Below, in pieces: positions 45,956 through 56,274 of a stretch of 64,000 nt of DNA. Each line of letters begins with the position of its first letter. Position 1 is the first letter of the stretch. The stretch comes from Armatimonadia bacterium (GTDB lineage: Bacteria > Armatimonadota > Zipacnadia > Zipacnadales > UBA11051). The DNA is taken from positions 11,173-75,172 of the forward strand of contig JBDKRC010000302.1 of assembly GCA_039683575.1 (NCBI GenBank), given 5' to 3'. Both the position numbers and the translations under genes were made by a program. The notes below the pieces were generated by a model. That model searched no databases. It saw only the letters and a program-made list of their open reading frames with translations, and had not been told where the DNA came from.

Positions 45956-48346
45956 ATGCACAACCTGATTGTGGCGGCTTTGCTCTACACCGGCACCTTT
46001 TCCGGCGTCACTGTGGACAACATCATGGACCGCCCGCTGGTAGGACGGGAGATGGTGGTACAGGCCGAGGGGCGCCAGATTGGGCAGTATGCTACTGGTC
46101 TGACCTTCGAGGAGCGCGAGGGCCAGGTCGTGGGAGTTCCAGGCAAAGAGTTCAAGCTTACGCTTGAGCCTGAGTTGACGGCTGGCAACTACGAGATCTC
46201 GTTCACGGCCTCGGCTCCCGATCAAGGTAGCGACTCGTTTTGGGTCGCAATTGACGGCAAGCGCCTGAATCCCTCGCTGACGCTTCCTGTGAACAGGCTG
46301 GCCCCCGCCGTCGCTGGCTTCTGTCTGGCGCAGGCTGCCAAGCCCCACATCGAAATCTCTCTGCGCGAAAGCCCCGGCGCGGTCTTCACCAGCTTCCATC
46401 TGGCGCGCGTCAGGATGAAGCCCGCGCAGCCCGCGCTGCGGCCCGAACTCGCGGGGAAGCACCCACGGCTGCTCTTCACCGCCGCCGACCTCCCGCGCCT
46501 CCGCGCTCGCCTCGACGATCCGCGCGTGCAGGCCTACTACAAGCTGCCGGAGGTACTGACCCGCAAGCCCGCCGCCTATCGCCCCGGCGCACGCAACGGC
46601 AGCGCCTTCCGCACCCTCGGCAATCAGGCCCTTGGCCATCTGCTCAAACCCGATCCGGCGCAACTGCAGGCCGTCATCACCTGGCTCGACAACGCCACAC
46701 AATATGGCTCTGTCGGGGCGGACCTCGATGCCGAGTACTACATGGAGGGCGTGGCGCTGGCGTATGACTGGCTCTATGACGAACTGCCACCGGACCTGCG
46801 GGACCGGGTGCGCAAGACCATCGGCGACAAGTGTCGGGAGATCTACACGCTGTCGTTAGGCGGCCAGCAGGGAGGCGGCTACGAGTACCAGCAGAATCAT
46901 TACTGGTATGCCCACCTCGCTCTGGCGCTGGGGGCGGCGGCAATCTACGGCGAGGAGCCGGAGGCAGCGGACTGGCTGGCGTGGGCCTGGGACCGGTTTG
47001 AGCGGGTTGCGATGACCTTCGGCCCGGACGGTGGCTTCCATGAGGGCCCCGGCTACTGGGACTTCTCGATGCCGACGCTGTACTTGTACCTGGACCTCTA
47101 CGAGTGGTGTACAGGCCTGAAATGCACCGCCGCCGACAAGGGCCTGGCGGGCCAGTTCGAGTTCCGCTTCCGCCATCTCTACCCGGGCCTTGGGCTCAGC
47201 GCCGATCTCGAAGACAGCAGCCCCACAATCGGCGCCCCATGGACGGCGCTGGGCTTGTGGCAGGCCAAGCGGTTCCATGACCCGATGACGATGGGGCTGG
47301 TGAATGACCTCCATCCCGAGCCGGGGTCACAGCGCCAGAACCTGCTCTGGCTCGATGAGACCATCGCGCCACAGGACCCGCTCCCGGCCCTCTCCCTCGC
47401 GAAACACTACGACGATGTTGAGACGGTCTTCGCCCGGACCTCCTGGACCGACGAAGGCACCGCGCTCGCCTTCGTCAGCCGCCCCATGGGTGGGCATCAG
47501 TACGCCGAGCTATGCAAGCGCTACGGGATGACTGGCACCGGGCACAACCATCCTGAGCAAAACCACTTCGTGCTGTTCGGGCGCGGCGAGGTCCTCGCTG
47601 CCGATCCCGGCTACACCTATAGCAAGCAGACCCGCGACCACAACACGGTACTGATCGGGGGCAAGGGCCAGTACGGGGACAACGAGATGTGGCCCCGGCC
47701 GAATGCGGGCCGCGCGCATGTTACCGGCTTCGCCAGTTCTGGCGACCTCACCATCACCGCGGGGGACGCTGTCTCGGCGTACCCCCCTGAATTGGGGCTC
47801 ACGCGCTTCGACCGCATCGTCGTTCTCGCAGGCCGAGACCTTGTGGTCGTCCACGATCGCCTGGCGGCGAAGGAGCCGCAGGTCTTCTCCTGGCTCCTGC
47901 ACCACTTCGGTCAGATTGCACCGGGCGGAAACTTCTGGAACATCACGCGCGGGAAGGCCCAGCTAACGGTCCTGCCTTTGCTGCCGGCGGGGCTCACCGC
48001 CGAGACCAGCACCTATCGCCCACAGTTCCTACACCCCACGCGGGATCTGACGCCAAAGGTTGACCCCGACATCAGCCTGCTCGAACTGAAGACCATTCCC
48101 ACGCCCGAAGCGATCTTCCTCGTGCCACTGATGATTGGGGACGCGGGAACGCCGGCGCCAGCAGTGGCGAATCTCTCCACCGAGAAGTTCAGTGCGCTAA
48201 AGGTCGGGGACGCGGTGGTTGCGTTCAACGAAGGTACCGGCGAAATGAGCGTACCGACGCCGTGGAACCAGAGGATCACGACGAAGGCGCGGGCGCTTGT
48301 GGCGCGGCTGCAGGGCGGCAAGCACCAGGTTCTGGAGATGAAGTAG
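45956..48346 (+). CDS. Heparinase II/III-like polysaccharide lyase (DUF4962-like N-domain)
   Basis: HPRLLF, QNH, DGGFHEGPGYW, GHNHPEQNHF, DPGY, HNTVLI motifs. Confidence 0.82.
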   Translation: MHNLIVAALLYTGTFSGVTVDNIMDRPLVGREMVVQAEGRQIGQYATGLTFEEREGQVVGVPGKEFKLTLEPELTAGNYEISFTASAPDQGSDSFWVAIDGKRLNPSLTLPVNRLAPAVAGFCLAQAAKPHIEISLRESPGAVFTSFHLARVRMKPAQPALRPELAGKHPRLLFTAADLPRLRARLDDPRVQAYYKLPEVLTRKPAAYRPGARNGSAFRTLGNQALGHLLKPDPAQLQAVITWLDNATQYGSVGADLDAEYYMEGVALAYDWLYDELPPDLRDRVRKTIGDKCREIYTLSLGGQQGGGYEYQQNHYWYAHLALALGAAAIYGEEPEAADWLAWAWDRFERVAMTFGPDGGFHEGPGYWDFSMPTLYLYLDLYEWCTGLKCTAADKGLAGQFEFRFRHLYPGLGLSADLEDSSPTIGAPWTALGLWQAKRFHDPMTMGLVNDLHPEPGSQRQNLLWLDETIAPQDPLPALSLAKHYDDVETVFARTSWTDEGTALAFVSRPMGGHQYAELCKRYGMTGTGHNHPEQNHFVLFGRGEVLAADPGYTYSKQTRDHNTVLIGGKGQYGDNEMWPRPNAGRAHVTGFASSGDLTITAGDAVSAYPPELGLTRFDRIVVLAGRDLVVVHDRLAAKEPQVFSWLLHHFGQIAPGGNFWNITRGKAQLTVLPLLPAGLTAETSTYRPQFLHPTRDLTPKVDPDISLLELKTIPTPEAIFLVPLMIGDAGTPAPAVANLSTEKFSALKVGDAVVAFNEGTGEMSVPTPWNQRITTKARALVARLQGGKHQVLEMK

Positions 48347-48369
48347 ACGTTCGGCTTTCACGTACAAAG

Positions 48370-48402
48370 AAGCGAGCCGCCTGACTGACAGGCGGCTCGC
48401 TT
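48370..48402. terminator. Probable bidirectional terminator hairpin
   Basis: AAGCGAGCCGCCTG-ACTGA-CAGGCGGCTCGCTT between convergent genes. Confidence 0.8.
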
Positions 48403-48429
48403 GGGTTCTCGGCGTTGGAGCTTCAGACG

Positions 48430-50493
48430 CTACCGCGGCTGGATCGTGCGCTGCTGCTGGAGTTGGTTGCCCTGCAGCGCCCGGATTTGCAGGTTCAGCC
48501 CCGCGCCGCGCAGGTTCTGCCAGTTGGCAGGCTGTAAGACGGCGCGCGTGGCGGCCTGGGTGACGACGCCGGGGAAGGTCACCTGCTGCATGCCCTGGCC
48601 CTGCGGCCCCGCGACTTGCAGGTCGAACTGCACCGGCAGCGCGCTTTGCACCTCAAGAGCCGAACCATCGACTGCCGGCAGCACACGCAGGCCCTGTGGG
48701 CCGAGGTTCTGCAGGTTGAGCAGGTCAAAGGCGCGATCGCCGATGGCGAGGGATTGGATTACCCGTACCTGCGTGGGACGCAACTGCGCCGGGTTTGGCA
48801 GATTCAGCTCGCGCGTGGGTGTGAGGATATTGGCCAGACGGATCTGTCCGGCGCCCTGGAAGTCGGTGGTCATGACCGTGCCCGGCTGGAAGACGCTCAG
48901 GTTCTTCAGGCCCCTGCCACGCAGGTCGAAGGTCAGGCTCTTGCCCTGGGAGTTGCCAAAGATGAAGATCAGCGGGTCGTTCGCCGTCTGCGGCGCACCC
49001 GTCAGCGGGATGAACCGCATCGAGTTTGATATCCGGTTGGCGGGGGCCAGTTCCGGGGTCCCGTTGGCGGCAAAGAACCTGCGGCCATTCTCATCGGTGA
49101 TCTGCGTCACTTCAGTCCCTGGTGCCAACACGCAAATGGTGGTGCCGTTGGCCACGGCGCCCATGGTGCCGGCAGCCGCCGCCGGCAGATGTGGCGGAGT
49201 GAGGCACTCGGCGTAGCTCATGCAGACCGCCTTGATGTAGCCGCCATAGCTGAAGCTGCTGTTGGTCCAGTTGACATGCGCGAGGCTCTTGTCGGGGCCG
49301 CCCGTCTCGGTCTCTGCGTAGGGCGCGTTGTTGTCGTAGGTGGTCATCTGGTAGTCATTGCCTACGATCTTGGTGCCGTAGGGAACGATGGCATGGCCAC
49401 CGTTGCCACTCCACATGCCCAGGACCGGCTTAGGCCCGCTTCCGCCCGTCAGGGAGGCTACGCGGTTGAAGACGTCCTTGTGAGTCTGGCTGTTGTAGTA
49501 GGTGTTGATGTAGCTGGCCATCTCTGCGCTTAACTGGCCGCCCTGGTCCTCCTGGACGGTCTGCTTGGTCTCCGTTGCCCAGGGATAGAACCAGACATAG
49601 GTCTGCTTGTTGGCCGGGTTAGTGAACCAGCTATTCCAGAAGGTCGTAATGCCGCTCTGGCGGTGGCGCAGGCTCGAAACGCTCATGCCGTAGCAGTTAC
49701 CGCCGCCACCGACACCCTTGTATGCGGAATCATACCACGTCTGGGCGGAGGGCTTGTGGGTGCCATTGCCGTACTCCACGGCGGAAGCGCCGAAGAAATC
49801 ACGGTACATCTGCCATGGGATGGTGGAATCGCCGAAGTTGGCGAACTTCCAGCCGTACCAGCCCCGGTATCCGCGAGGGGCGACGACCTTGTAGGGAACC
49901 GGGTCGCTGGCGGTCGTACCCTTGTGCGCGGTCACCTGGATGGTGCTGCCGAGCGCGCTGGAGGCAGGCATCTTGAAAGCGACGCCGTCGGGGAGGAAGT
50001 TGTCGTCATACCCGAGCCAATATGACGGCGTGTCCGCGCCATTGAGCTTGATGGTGACACTGCTGTCGAACAGGACACCATCCGCGACGACCCAGTGGTC
50101 GGGGCTCGTGCCTTCGGCAGGCCAGAGAGTCCAAATGCGGAACTTCAGGAGTTCTCGGTTGACCGGCCGCACCAGGTCTCTCATGTCACGCTGCACCAGG
50201 CCTGAGGCTTCGGCGGTCTGAGCCAATCGGGCACTACTTGCCACCAGAAGCGTATCCTGCAGGTCTAGCGGCAGTCTGCTGAACTGCTGCGTGATCGACT
50301 CACGCTTCTTTTGGTCAACATTCCGCTCCTGCAGAATCCGGCGCAGTTCCTGGAGCCGCGCTTGGTCAGTTAGCGTCAGCCTCGCGACAGGCTGAACCTG
50401 CAATTGCTGGCGCTGGACCCCGGCACGGGGCTGAGCCAGGGCACAGGAAACCATAAGCAAGACCAAAACCGGCAGCACCATGGTCTGTCGCAT
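48430..50493 (-). CDS. Secreted protein with papain-like Cys-His-Asp domain
   Basis: Signal peptide; FANF..GGNCYGMS..GGHAIVPY..YDNN; Gln/Leu-rich beta C-terminus. Confidence 0.65.
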   Translation of the reverse strand: MRQTMVLPVLVLLMVSCALAQPRAGVQRQQLQVQPVARLTLTDQARLQELRRILQERNVDQKKRESITQQFSRLPLDLQDTLLVASSARLAQTAEASGLVQRDMRDLVRPVNRELLKFRIWTLWPAEGTSPDHWVVADGVLFDSSVTIKLNGADTPSYWLGYDDNFLPDGVAFKMPASSALGSTIQVTAHKGTTASDPVPYKVVAPRGYRGWYGWKFANFGDSTIPWQMYRDFFGASAVEYGNGTHKPSAQTWYDSAYKGVGGGGNCYGMSVSSLRHRQSGITTFWNSWFTNPANKQTYVWFYPWATETKQTVQEDQGGQLSAEMASYINTYYNSQTHKDVFNRVASLTGGSGPKPVLGMWSGNGGHAIVPYGTKIVGNDYQMTTYDNNAPYAETETGGPDKSLAHVNWTNSSFSYGGYIKAVCMSYAECLTPPHLPAAAAGTMGAVANGTTICVLAPGTEVTQITDENGRRFFAANGTPELAPANRISNSMRFIPLTGAPQTANDPLIFIFGNSQGKSLTFDLRGRGLKNLSVFQPGTVMTTDFQGAGQIRLANILTPTRELNLPNPAQLRPTQVRVIQSLAIGDRAFDLLNLQNLGPQGLRVLPAVDGSALEVQSALPVQFDLQVAGPQGQGMQQVTFPGVVTQAATRAVLQPANWQNLRGAGLNLQIRALQGNQLQQQRTIQPR

Positions 50494-50576
50494 TGCGTAC
50501 CTCTCCTCCAGGCGTCTGAGATTGCCAACCATAGTAGGTAGTTCCCCGCCTAACAACGCTTTCCCTACCCGAATAG

Positions 50577-51620
50577 TCAGACTTTCCGCAAGACATACAG
50601 TGACGGCGCGAGTCCTCCGACACTCAGTCGCCGCATTGACAGTTGACGGATGTCCTCATACTTTTCCACAAACCTCCGTACGAGGCGCCGTTCGCTGGTC
50701 AGGAGCACGATCAGCCCACCAGGCTTGAGACAGCGACGCATGTGGCCGAGCATCCACGGGTAAAGGCGGCGGTTGAGCTGCTTGCCGCCCACTAGATTGC
50801 CCCACGGCGGGTTGCTGATGAAGCGATCCACCGTCTCATCCCTCAGCGGCAGGCGGCGCGAGTTCGCCTGTAGCAGCAGGGCGGGGATACCGAACGCCTC
50901 AAGGTTTTGCCGGGCGATCGCAACCTTCTCGGCGAACAGGTCAGCGCCAATGAGCGTCACGTCTCGGTCATAGGCGTGCCGCTCGATAAGAATGGTCCCC
51001 CCGCCGCAGAGCGGATCCACCACAATCTGCCCCGGCGCCGGCTCAGAGACGCGGACCATAGCGGCCGCCAGAGTTGGGTTCAGGGTCACTCGTGGATGCA
51101 CGACCCGCGAGCGCTTGTGCAGAGCAGTCTCAGACAGACGCACGCCGACAAGGGCCCGGTCCTCCCGTATCTCCAGCAGTACCTCAATCTCGTAGTCCAC
51201 GAGGTCCACCGGCCACCCGGTCGCAGCGATTATCCCTGCTCCAGCGAAACCGGCGGCCTGCTGAGATGTGAACTCATGCGTGCCGGTCCGTTCCGCCGTC
51301 ACGCGAAAACGTGGCGGTTCCCCCACCGGCCGCACCCGCCGGACAGCCTCGACGGCGGGCCTGAGATCGGTAGCCGCAAGCGCGGCCTCAAGCTCGTCCA
51401 GCCCTTCCACTCCCGGACGTACCCCCTCAACCTCCCGCATCAATACGATAGCGTTCTCGATGGTCCGCAGCGTCAGGAGCAGGCTGGGATCGCCGTCATA
51501 GGACAGGTGTTGACGGCCAAACTCGGAGAAGAGCAGGCGCGCCCCGGGGAGTCTCTCACGAACCTCCTCGGCCACGATATCCTGCAGGCCACCGATGTGA
51601 CTAAGATAGTACAGTGCCAC
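50577..51620 (-). CDS. THUMP-domain class I SAM-dependent RNA methyltransferase (TrmN/Trm14-like)
   Basis: FRVTAERTGTHEFTS (THUMP), LAAAM, DPLCGGGTILIE, SNPPWG; GTG start after GGAGG. Confidence 0.85.
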   Translation of the reverse strand: MALYYLSHIGGLQDIVAEEVRERLPGARLLFSEFGRQHLSYDGDPSLLLTLRTIENAIVLMREVEGVRPGVEGLDELEAALAATDLRPAVEAVRRVRPVGEPPRFRVTAERTGTHEFTSQQAAGFAGAGIIAATGWPVDLVDYEIEVLLEIREDRALVGVRLSETALHKRSRVVHPRVTLNPTLAAAMVRVSEPAPGQIVVDPLCGGGTILIERHAYDRDVTLIGADLFAEKVAIARQNLEAFGIPALLLQANSRRLPLRDETVDRFISNPPWGNLVGGKQLNRRLYPWMLGHMRRCLKPGGLIVLLTSERRLVRRFVEKYEDIRQLSMRRLSVGGLAPSLYVLRKV

Positions 51621-51640
51621 ACAACCCTCCCAGGCGGCAG

Positions 51641-51675
51641 AAAAGAAAGCGCCCGCCTCCGGTGAGACGGGCGCT
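51641..51675 (-). terminator. Rho-independent terminator
   Basis: AGCGCCCG/CGGGCGCT stem followed by TTCTTTT on the minus strand. Confidence 0.7.
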
Positions 51676-51706
51676 GCCGACGACCTCAAGCATATGCTTT
51701 CATTCG

Positions 51707-52216
51707 CTACTTCTTGAACTTCACCTCTGCCGGGGTGTTCTTGTCGCCCGCCTCGGCCGACGCCACGACGACGTCATCATCGTCCACTTCGCGGATAGTG
51801 TACCGGTAGCTGCCCAGATCGTTGCCTTCGCTCGTGGTCAGGACAATCGTGTACACCTGGTTGTCTTCGGCCCGGAAGACCAACTCGGCGCTGTCGCCAA
51901 GGCCGCCGTCGTCGTCGCTATCGATCAGCTTGCCAGCATCGAACAGGTCCTGCAGGTCCTCGAAATTGTAGGCCGCGCCCTCAAACACCTGCACGTATGG
52001 GTCCACGTTAGAGCCTGTCATGGTCACGTGGATGAACCCGTCGCGGGTCGCGCGCACGCGCACCAGGTCGGCACGGCTGTTGTCTGCCAGCAGAATGTCG
52101 TTGGTGGTTAGCGTCCCAGAGCGGCTGATGTTGATGCGGTCGTGGCCATCACCCCCACAGCCCATCACAAAGAGCACCGGCACCGCCAGCAGCAATAGCC
52201 AAACGTAGCGTCTCAT
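51707..52216 (-). CDS. Lipoprotein with PPC-like (pre-peptidase C-terminal) beta domain
   Basis: MRRYVWLLLLAVPVLFVMG-C lipobox; DPYV..DSDDDGG..DSAEL..Y.I motif. Confidence 0.7.
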   Translation of the reverse strand: MRRYVWLLLLAVPVLFVMGCGGDGHDRINISRSGTLTTNDILLADNSRADLVRVRATRDGFIHVTMTGSNVDPYVQVFEGAAYNFEDLQDLFDAGKLIDSDDDGGLGDSAELVFRAEDNQVYTIVLTTSEGNDLGSYRYTIREVDDDDVVVASAEAGDKNTPAEVKFKK

Positions 52217-52389
52217 CGCACACCCTCCTCGACTAGTTGATCCGGTACAAGATCCGGCAAGAGAGTAGACGAAGCAGTACCTGAAGAAGTGCAACAAGAT
52301 GTTGATGAAAATGTAGAAAATTACCGGCGGCGCAGGAGAAGCCGGTGCGCCACAGGAACATGAGTCGCATCTTACGGGAGGCTAGACCC

Positions 52390-53091
52390 ATGAAACCCGA
52401 ACTGATGGCTCACCGGGGAAACTCGGCACTCGCGCCCGAGAACACCCTCGCCGCCTTCGCCATGGCCCTCAAAACGCCCTCGCAGTGGACTGAACTCGAC
52501 GTTCATCTCACCGCTGATGGCGAGGTCGTTGTGATGCATGACGCGACGGTGGATCGGACCACCAACGGCAGCGGCGTGATTGCGGAAATGACCCTCGCTC
52601 AGATCAAGGCGCTGGACGCCGGGAGCTGGTTCGGAGCGGAGTTCACCAATGAGCGGGTGCCGACGCTGGCGGAGGTGGTGGACCTTGTACAGGACCGCAT
52701 TCGGCTCAACGTGGAGATCAAGTCATCCGCTGACCCTGAGAGTAGCAGGAAAGTGGTGGAGATCCTCCGGCGTGGGGGAGTGCTGGAGCAGAGCATGATC
52801 TCGTCCTTCGGCCTGCAGGCCGTCCTTGAGGTGCGGCAGCACTGGGACAACCCGTATCTGGCGTTGATCACCGGCCGTGGCGAGGACCTGGCTATAACCA
52901 TCGAGCACAAGCTGCAGTTCTTCAACGTGCACTACCAGGCCGTGGACGAGCAGCTCGTGGCGCAGGCGCATGAGGCGGGGGTTGGGGTGTGCGCCTGGAC
53001 GATAGATGACCCGGCGCTGTGGAGACCCTTCGCCGAGCTGGGTGTGGACATATTCTGCACGAACGCACCGCATTTGATGCCGGTGCAGTAG
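52390..53091 (+). CDS. Glycerophosphodiester phosphodiesterase
   Basis: AHRG, PENTL, ELDV, MHD.TVDRTT, NVEIK, AWTID motifs. Confidence 0.92.
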   Translation: MKPELMAHRGNSALAPENTLAAFAMALKTPSQWTELDVHLTADGEVVVMHDATVDRTTNGSGVIAEMTLAQIKALDAGSWFGAEFTNERVPTLAEVVDLVQDRIRLNVEIKSSADPESSRKVVEILRRGGVLEQSMISSFGLQAVLEVRQHWDNPYLALITGRGEDLAITIEHKLQFFNVHYQAVDEQLVAQAHEAGVGVCAWTIDDPALWRPFAELGVDIFCTNAPHLMPVQ

Positions 53092-53112
53092 CCTCACGTC
53101 GTGCTTGCGGGA

Positions 53113-55185
53113 TCAGGGCAGCCAGACGGTCGCTTCGTTTGGCTGCAGCCGCACTTCCACAGTCTGCCCTGCCACCTCCGTCTCCGCGCCATCCAGCCCC
53201 AGCAGCCGCCCGGACGAGCCCGATCCGGGCGTCTCCAGCGTCAGCTTTCCCGCCGCGGCTCTACCCACCGCCGCCGCGATGACCGCCGGGCCCTGCGCGC
53301 TCTCGTAGGCATAGGCCACCAGCCCCTCGTCACCGCTGACCGTCAACCCCTGCTGATCAACAAACCGCCCCCGCACGGTCCAGTCCGCCGTGCGCCGCCG
53401 CAGCTCTGCGAAACGCCCAATGAGCGTCGCCAGCGCCGGCTCATCTGCCAGTGCTCCCTCCGCGCGATGGACCATCAGGCAGAGATACATCCCCATCGCG
53501 AAGGCCTGAGCCACCCGCTCGGGCTGGTAGTCCACCACCCACGACTGCATCGTGCGCGGCACAGAATAGCGGGTGAGCGCGACATTCGCTGCCTCGCGGA
53601 GGTTAGAAACGCGCCAACTCATCCACATGTCCACCCACGGGGTCGCGAGCAGATCGCACTCCTCGCCGATAACGATGGCCTTCGGGTCGCGGGCCAGAAT
53701 CAGCTTGCGCGCAGCCTCGATGAGGCTCAGCGCCGCGGCGTGCGTGCCTAACGGGCTGTCGCCGTGCGTGGGGGCGCTGTAATCCGGCTGGAGCTCAAAT
53801 GGCTGGTCGTAGAACAGCGAGGTATAGCCCAGGTCCAGGTACCGCTTCGTCAGCGCCAGGACGCGCTCCCGCTGGATCGGGCTGAACGGGCTGTACAGAC
53901 GGCTCTCAGGGCCGAAGCGTTTCGCCCAAAGCGACCCGTGACAGGCAGACCCGGACCAGTTCTCGGTTGAGGCGCTGCCGTCGAGCCGACGCTGCATATG
54001 TTGCTCAAGCTGCGGGTTGGCGCGCAGGATCTGCCAGTTCGGGTGTCGGAAGTTGGTGAGCGCGCTGACCTGCGCTCCTTCGGCGGTGGCCTGGCTCAGG
54101 GCACTGGAAAGAGCCTCGGCCTCTTCGCTGGTGTATTCGAGCAGGTCCTCGGCCCCCCGGCGGGCGTAGTTCCCCAGCGTCAGTGCATCCCAGACGCAAA
54201 GATGGTCGACACCGACTTCGCGCCCCTGGCGGGCAAGTTCGGGGATATCGGAAAACGGGCGGCACGGCGCTCCATCGAACTGGCTGAAGAAGACATTCTG
54301 AAAGCCCATGGTGGCGAGGGCAGGCCGTCGCTGGCAACACTGCTCCTGCTCAAACCACTCCCGGAACCGGTCAGCAACGCGCTGCCAGTTGCCGTCATGG
54401 AGGTAGATGCCCATCGCCGGCGAGTTCCAGACCTCTCCGGGCCGCAGGAGCACGCTGTGCGCCCAGGCAAGCGCCAGCCGCGGGGGCTGCTGGACCGCGG
54501 ACACATTCTCCCATAGGAAGTAGCCATTCTGGGCCGCTGGCATGTAGTTGAGCAGCCCGAGACCGGCATCGGGGCCAGAGACGTCTGCCCAGGGCGCGTG
54601 GAGTCGCACCGGGTATTCCCATGTCACCCGCTCGGCGTTGCGGGTGTAGTTGTTCCCTGCCGCAGTGGGGAAGAGGTGTGCTTCGGTCTGGCTCATGCCG
54701 CCAAGGGTAAGCCTGTCCCGCCCGGGGCCGCCGTAGCCCGTCCACCCCCCGAGCCAGGGCGAGATGACCTCTTCGATAGTACGCGTGCCGTGGTTGGTGA
54801 GAGTCAGCGAGAAGAGCACTTCATCGGGTCTGGGCGAGGCCACAACGGTCAGAGCGGCTCGCACGCCGGCTGAGCCGCCATCCGCGGCCACAAAGTCCTC
54901 CCAGTGAAGTTGCCACCCACCGGAGACTGCGGCGAAACGCGGCCGTACGCCGTCCGCGCTATCGGCGTAGACCGAGGACCAGCGGTCGTTTGCCATGAGC
55001 AGGCGAAACAGCCGGGGACGGTCAACATGCTGGTCGCTGCCGGGCATGGCGGGTGCCGGCGAGGCCTGAGCCCAGTACGTCGCTGCGGGCAGATGCTCCG
55101 TACCGCTTGCTGTGTCAAAGAGACTGACCACCGTCCCAAAGTCAGGGTGTAACTCCAGGCGCAGACGGCCGTTCTGTACCTGCAT
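53113..55185 (-). CDS. Putative glycoside hydrolase-like protein (beta-supersandwich plus TIM barrel, DUF6259-like)
   Basis: GAGGAGG RBS; LHDGNW..AD.FR.W and FYDQ motifs. Family call tentative. Confidence 0.55.
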   Translation of the reverse strand: MQVQNGRLRLELHPDFGTVVSLFDTASGTEHLPAATYWAQASPAPAMPGSDQHVDRPRLFRLLMANDRWSSVYADSADGVRPRFAAVSGGWQLHWEDFVAADGGSAGVRAALTVVASPRPDEVLFSLTLTNHGTRTIEEVISPWLGGWTGYGGPGRDRLTLGGMSQTEAHLFPTAAGNNYTRNAERVTWEYPVRLHAPWADVSGPDAGLGLLNYMPAAQNGYFLWENVSAVQQPPRLALAWAHSVLLRPGEVWNSPAMGIYLHDGNWQRVADRFREWFEQEQCCQRRPALATMGFQNVFFSQFDGAPCRPFSDIPELARQGREVGVDHLCVWDALTLGNYARRGAEDLLEYTSEEAEALSSALSQATAEGAQVSALTNFRHPNWQILRANPQLEQHMQRRLDGSASTENWSGSACHGSLWAKRFGPESRLYSPFSPIQRERVLALTKRYLDLGYTSLFYDQPFELQPDYSAPTHGDSPLGTHAAALSLIEAARKLILARDPKAIVIGEECDLLATPWVDMWMSWRVSNLREAANVALTRYSVPRTMQSWVVDYQPERVAQAFAMGMYLCLMVHRAEGALADEPALATLIGRFAELRRRTADWTVRGRFVDQQGLTVSGDEGLVAYAYESAQGPAVIAAAVGRAAAGKLTLETPGSGSSGRLLGLDGAETEVAGQTVEVRLQPNEATVWLP

Positions 55186-55196
55186 GCGGCGCCTCC

Positions 55197-56240
55197 TCAG
55201 ACATGGGAGATGTACAGTTCGCGGTTCTCCAGGGGAAGCTTGACGCGTTGGCAGCCCTGGCGGTGGCTCTCGGCTACAGCCAGACAGATCTCCATCGCGT
55301 GATGGGCCTGCTCGATGTGGCTCAGGGTCTGGCGGCCAGTCTCGTAAGCCTCGACCATGTCTTCCAGACAGTTGAGCGTCGAACTGCGGAAGCCGACCTT
55401 CGGATAAGCGGCCTCGCGCATGGCCTGCCACTTGTCCGCGTCCTTCGCTGGCTTGCGCCAGCCCCAGTCAATCCCATTGTTGTGCGCCCGGATGATCCCC
55501 TCGCTGCCAAACACCTCGATGTCCCAATTGCCGGCTGCGATGGCATAGCCCGTCACGCCGCCCTCGAACTCGATCTCGAAGGTTGCGCATGGGTCGTGGT
55601 CCAGGCGGTTGTTCTCAATGACGGTAGCAGGTGGGTGCAGTTCACCCCGCACGCTAAGCGCGGCCGGGTCACCCAGCAGGTATAGCATCGTGTCAACAGT
55701 GTGGATGGCGCTATGGAGGAGATTGCCGCCCGAGTACTGGACGACGGAGTGAGGGCGACCGATCTGGCCCTCTTCGATGAGGCTGCGCGCGTGCTGGTAG
55801 CGGTCGTCGAAACGCCTCATGACGCCGGTGTTGAAAACCGTTTTGTGCCTCACGCAGGCGTCGCGGAGAGCATCGGCCTCGGCCATCGAGCCCGCAATGG
55901 CCTTCTCGACGTAGAGCATCGGTGCGCCCATCTCGGCCACTTCGATCCCGATGGGGGCGTGGGTATCCCCTCGGGTACACACCGCGACGAGGTCGAGGTT
56001 CTCCCGCTCGATCATCTCCCGGAAGTCCTCGTAGACTGCGTCTACCCCGTGCCGCGCGGCAAAGGCCTCGCGCCTCTCGGCAGAGGTATCCGCTCCGCAC
56101 GTGAGTTCCAGCCGTTCGCTGGCGAGGCAGGAGGCCGCGATAGAGTACGGCAGCGCGAAAGCCGGATAACCCACCACCTCATCGCAAATGGTGCTGCCCA
56201 TGCGGCCAAGACCAATGATGCCGGCGCGGTAGGTCCTCAT
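55197..56240 (-). CDS. Gfo/Idh/MocA family oxidoreductase
   Basis: GIIGLGRMG, YEDFREMI, VEKAIA, RRFD motifs. Confidence 0.9.
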   Translation of the reverse strand: MRTYRAGIIGLGRMGSTICDEVVGYPAFALPYSIAASCLASERLELTCGADTSAERREAFAARHGVDAVYEDFREMIERENLDLVAVCTRGDTHAPIGIEVAEMGAPMLYVEKAIAGSMAEADALRDACVRHKTVFNTGVMRRFDDRYQHARSLIEEGQIGRPHSVVQYSGGNLLHSAIHTVDTMLYLLGDPAALSVRGELHPPATVIENNRLDHDPCATFEIEFEGGVTGYAIAAGNWDIEVFGSEGIIRAHNNGIDWGWRKPAKDADKWQAMREAAYPKVGFRSSTLNCLEDMVEAYETGRQTLSHIEQAHHAMEICLAVAESHRQGCQRVKLPLENRELYISHV

Positions 56241-56274
56241 GGCACTCTCCTTGCGCGCATGTGCGGACAAAGGC

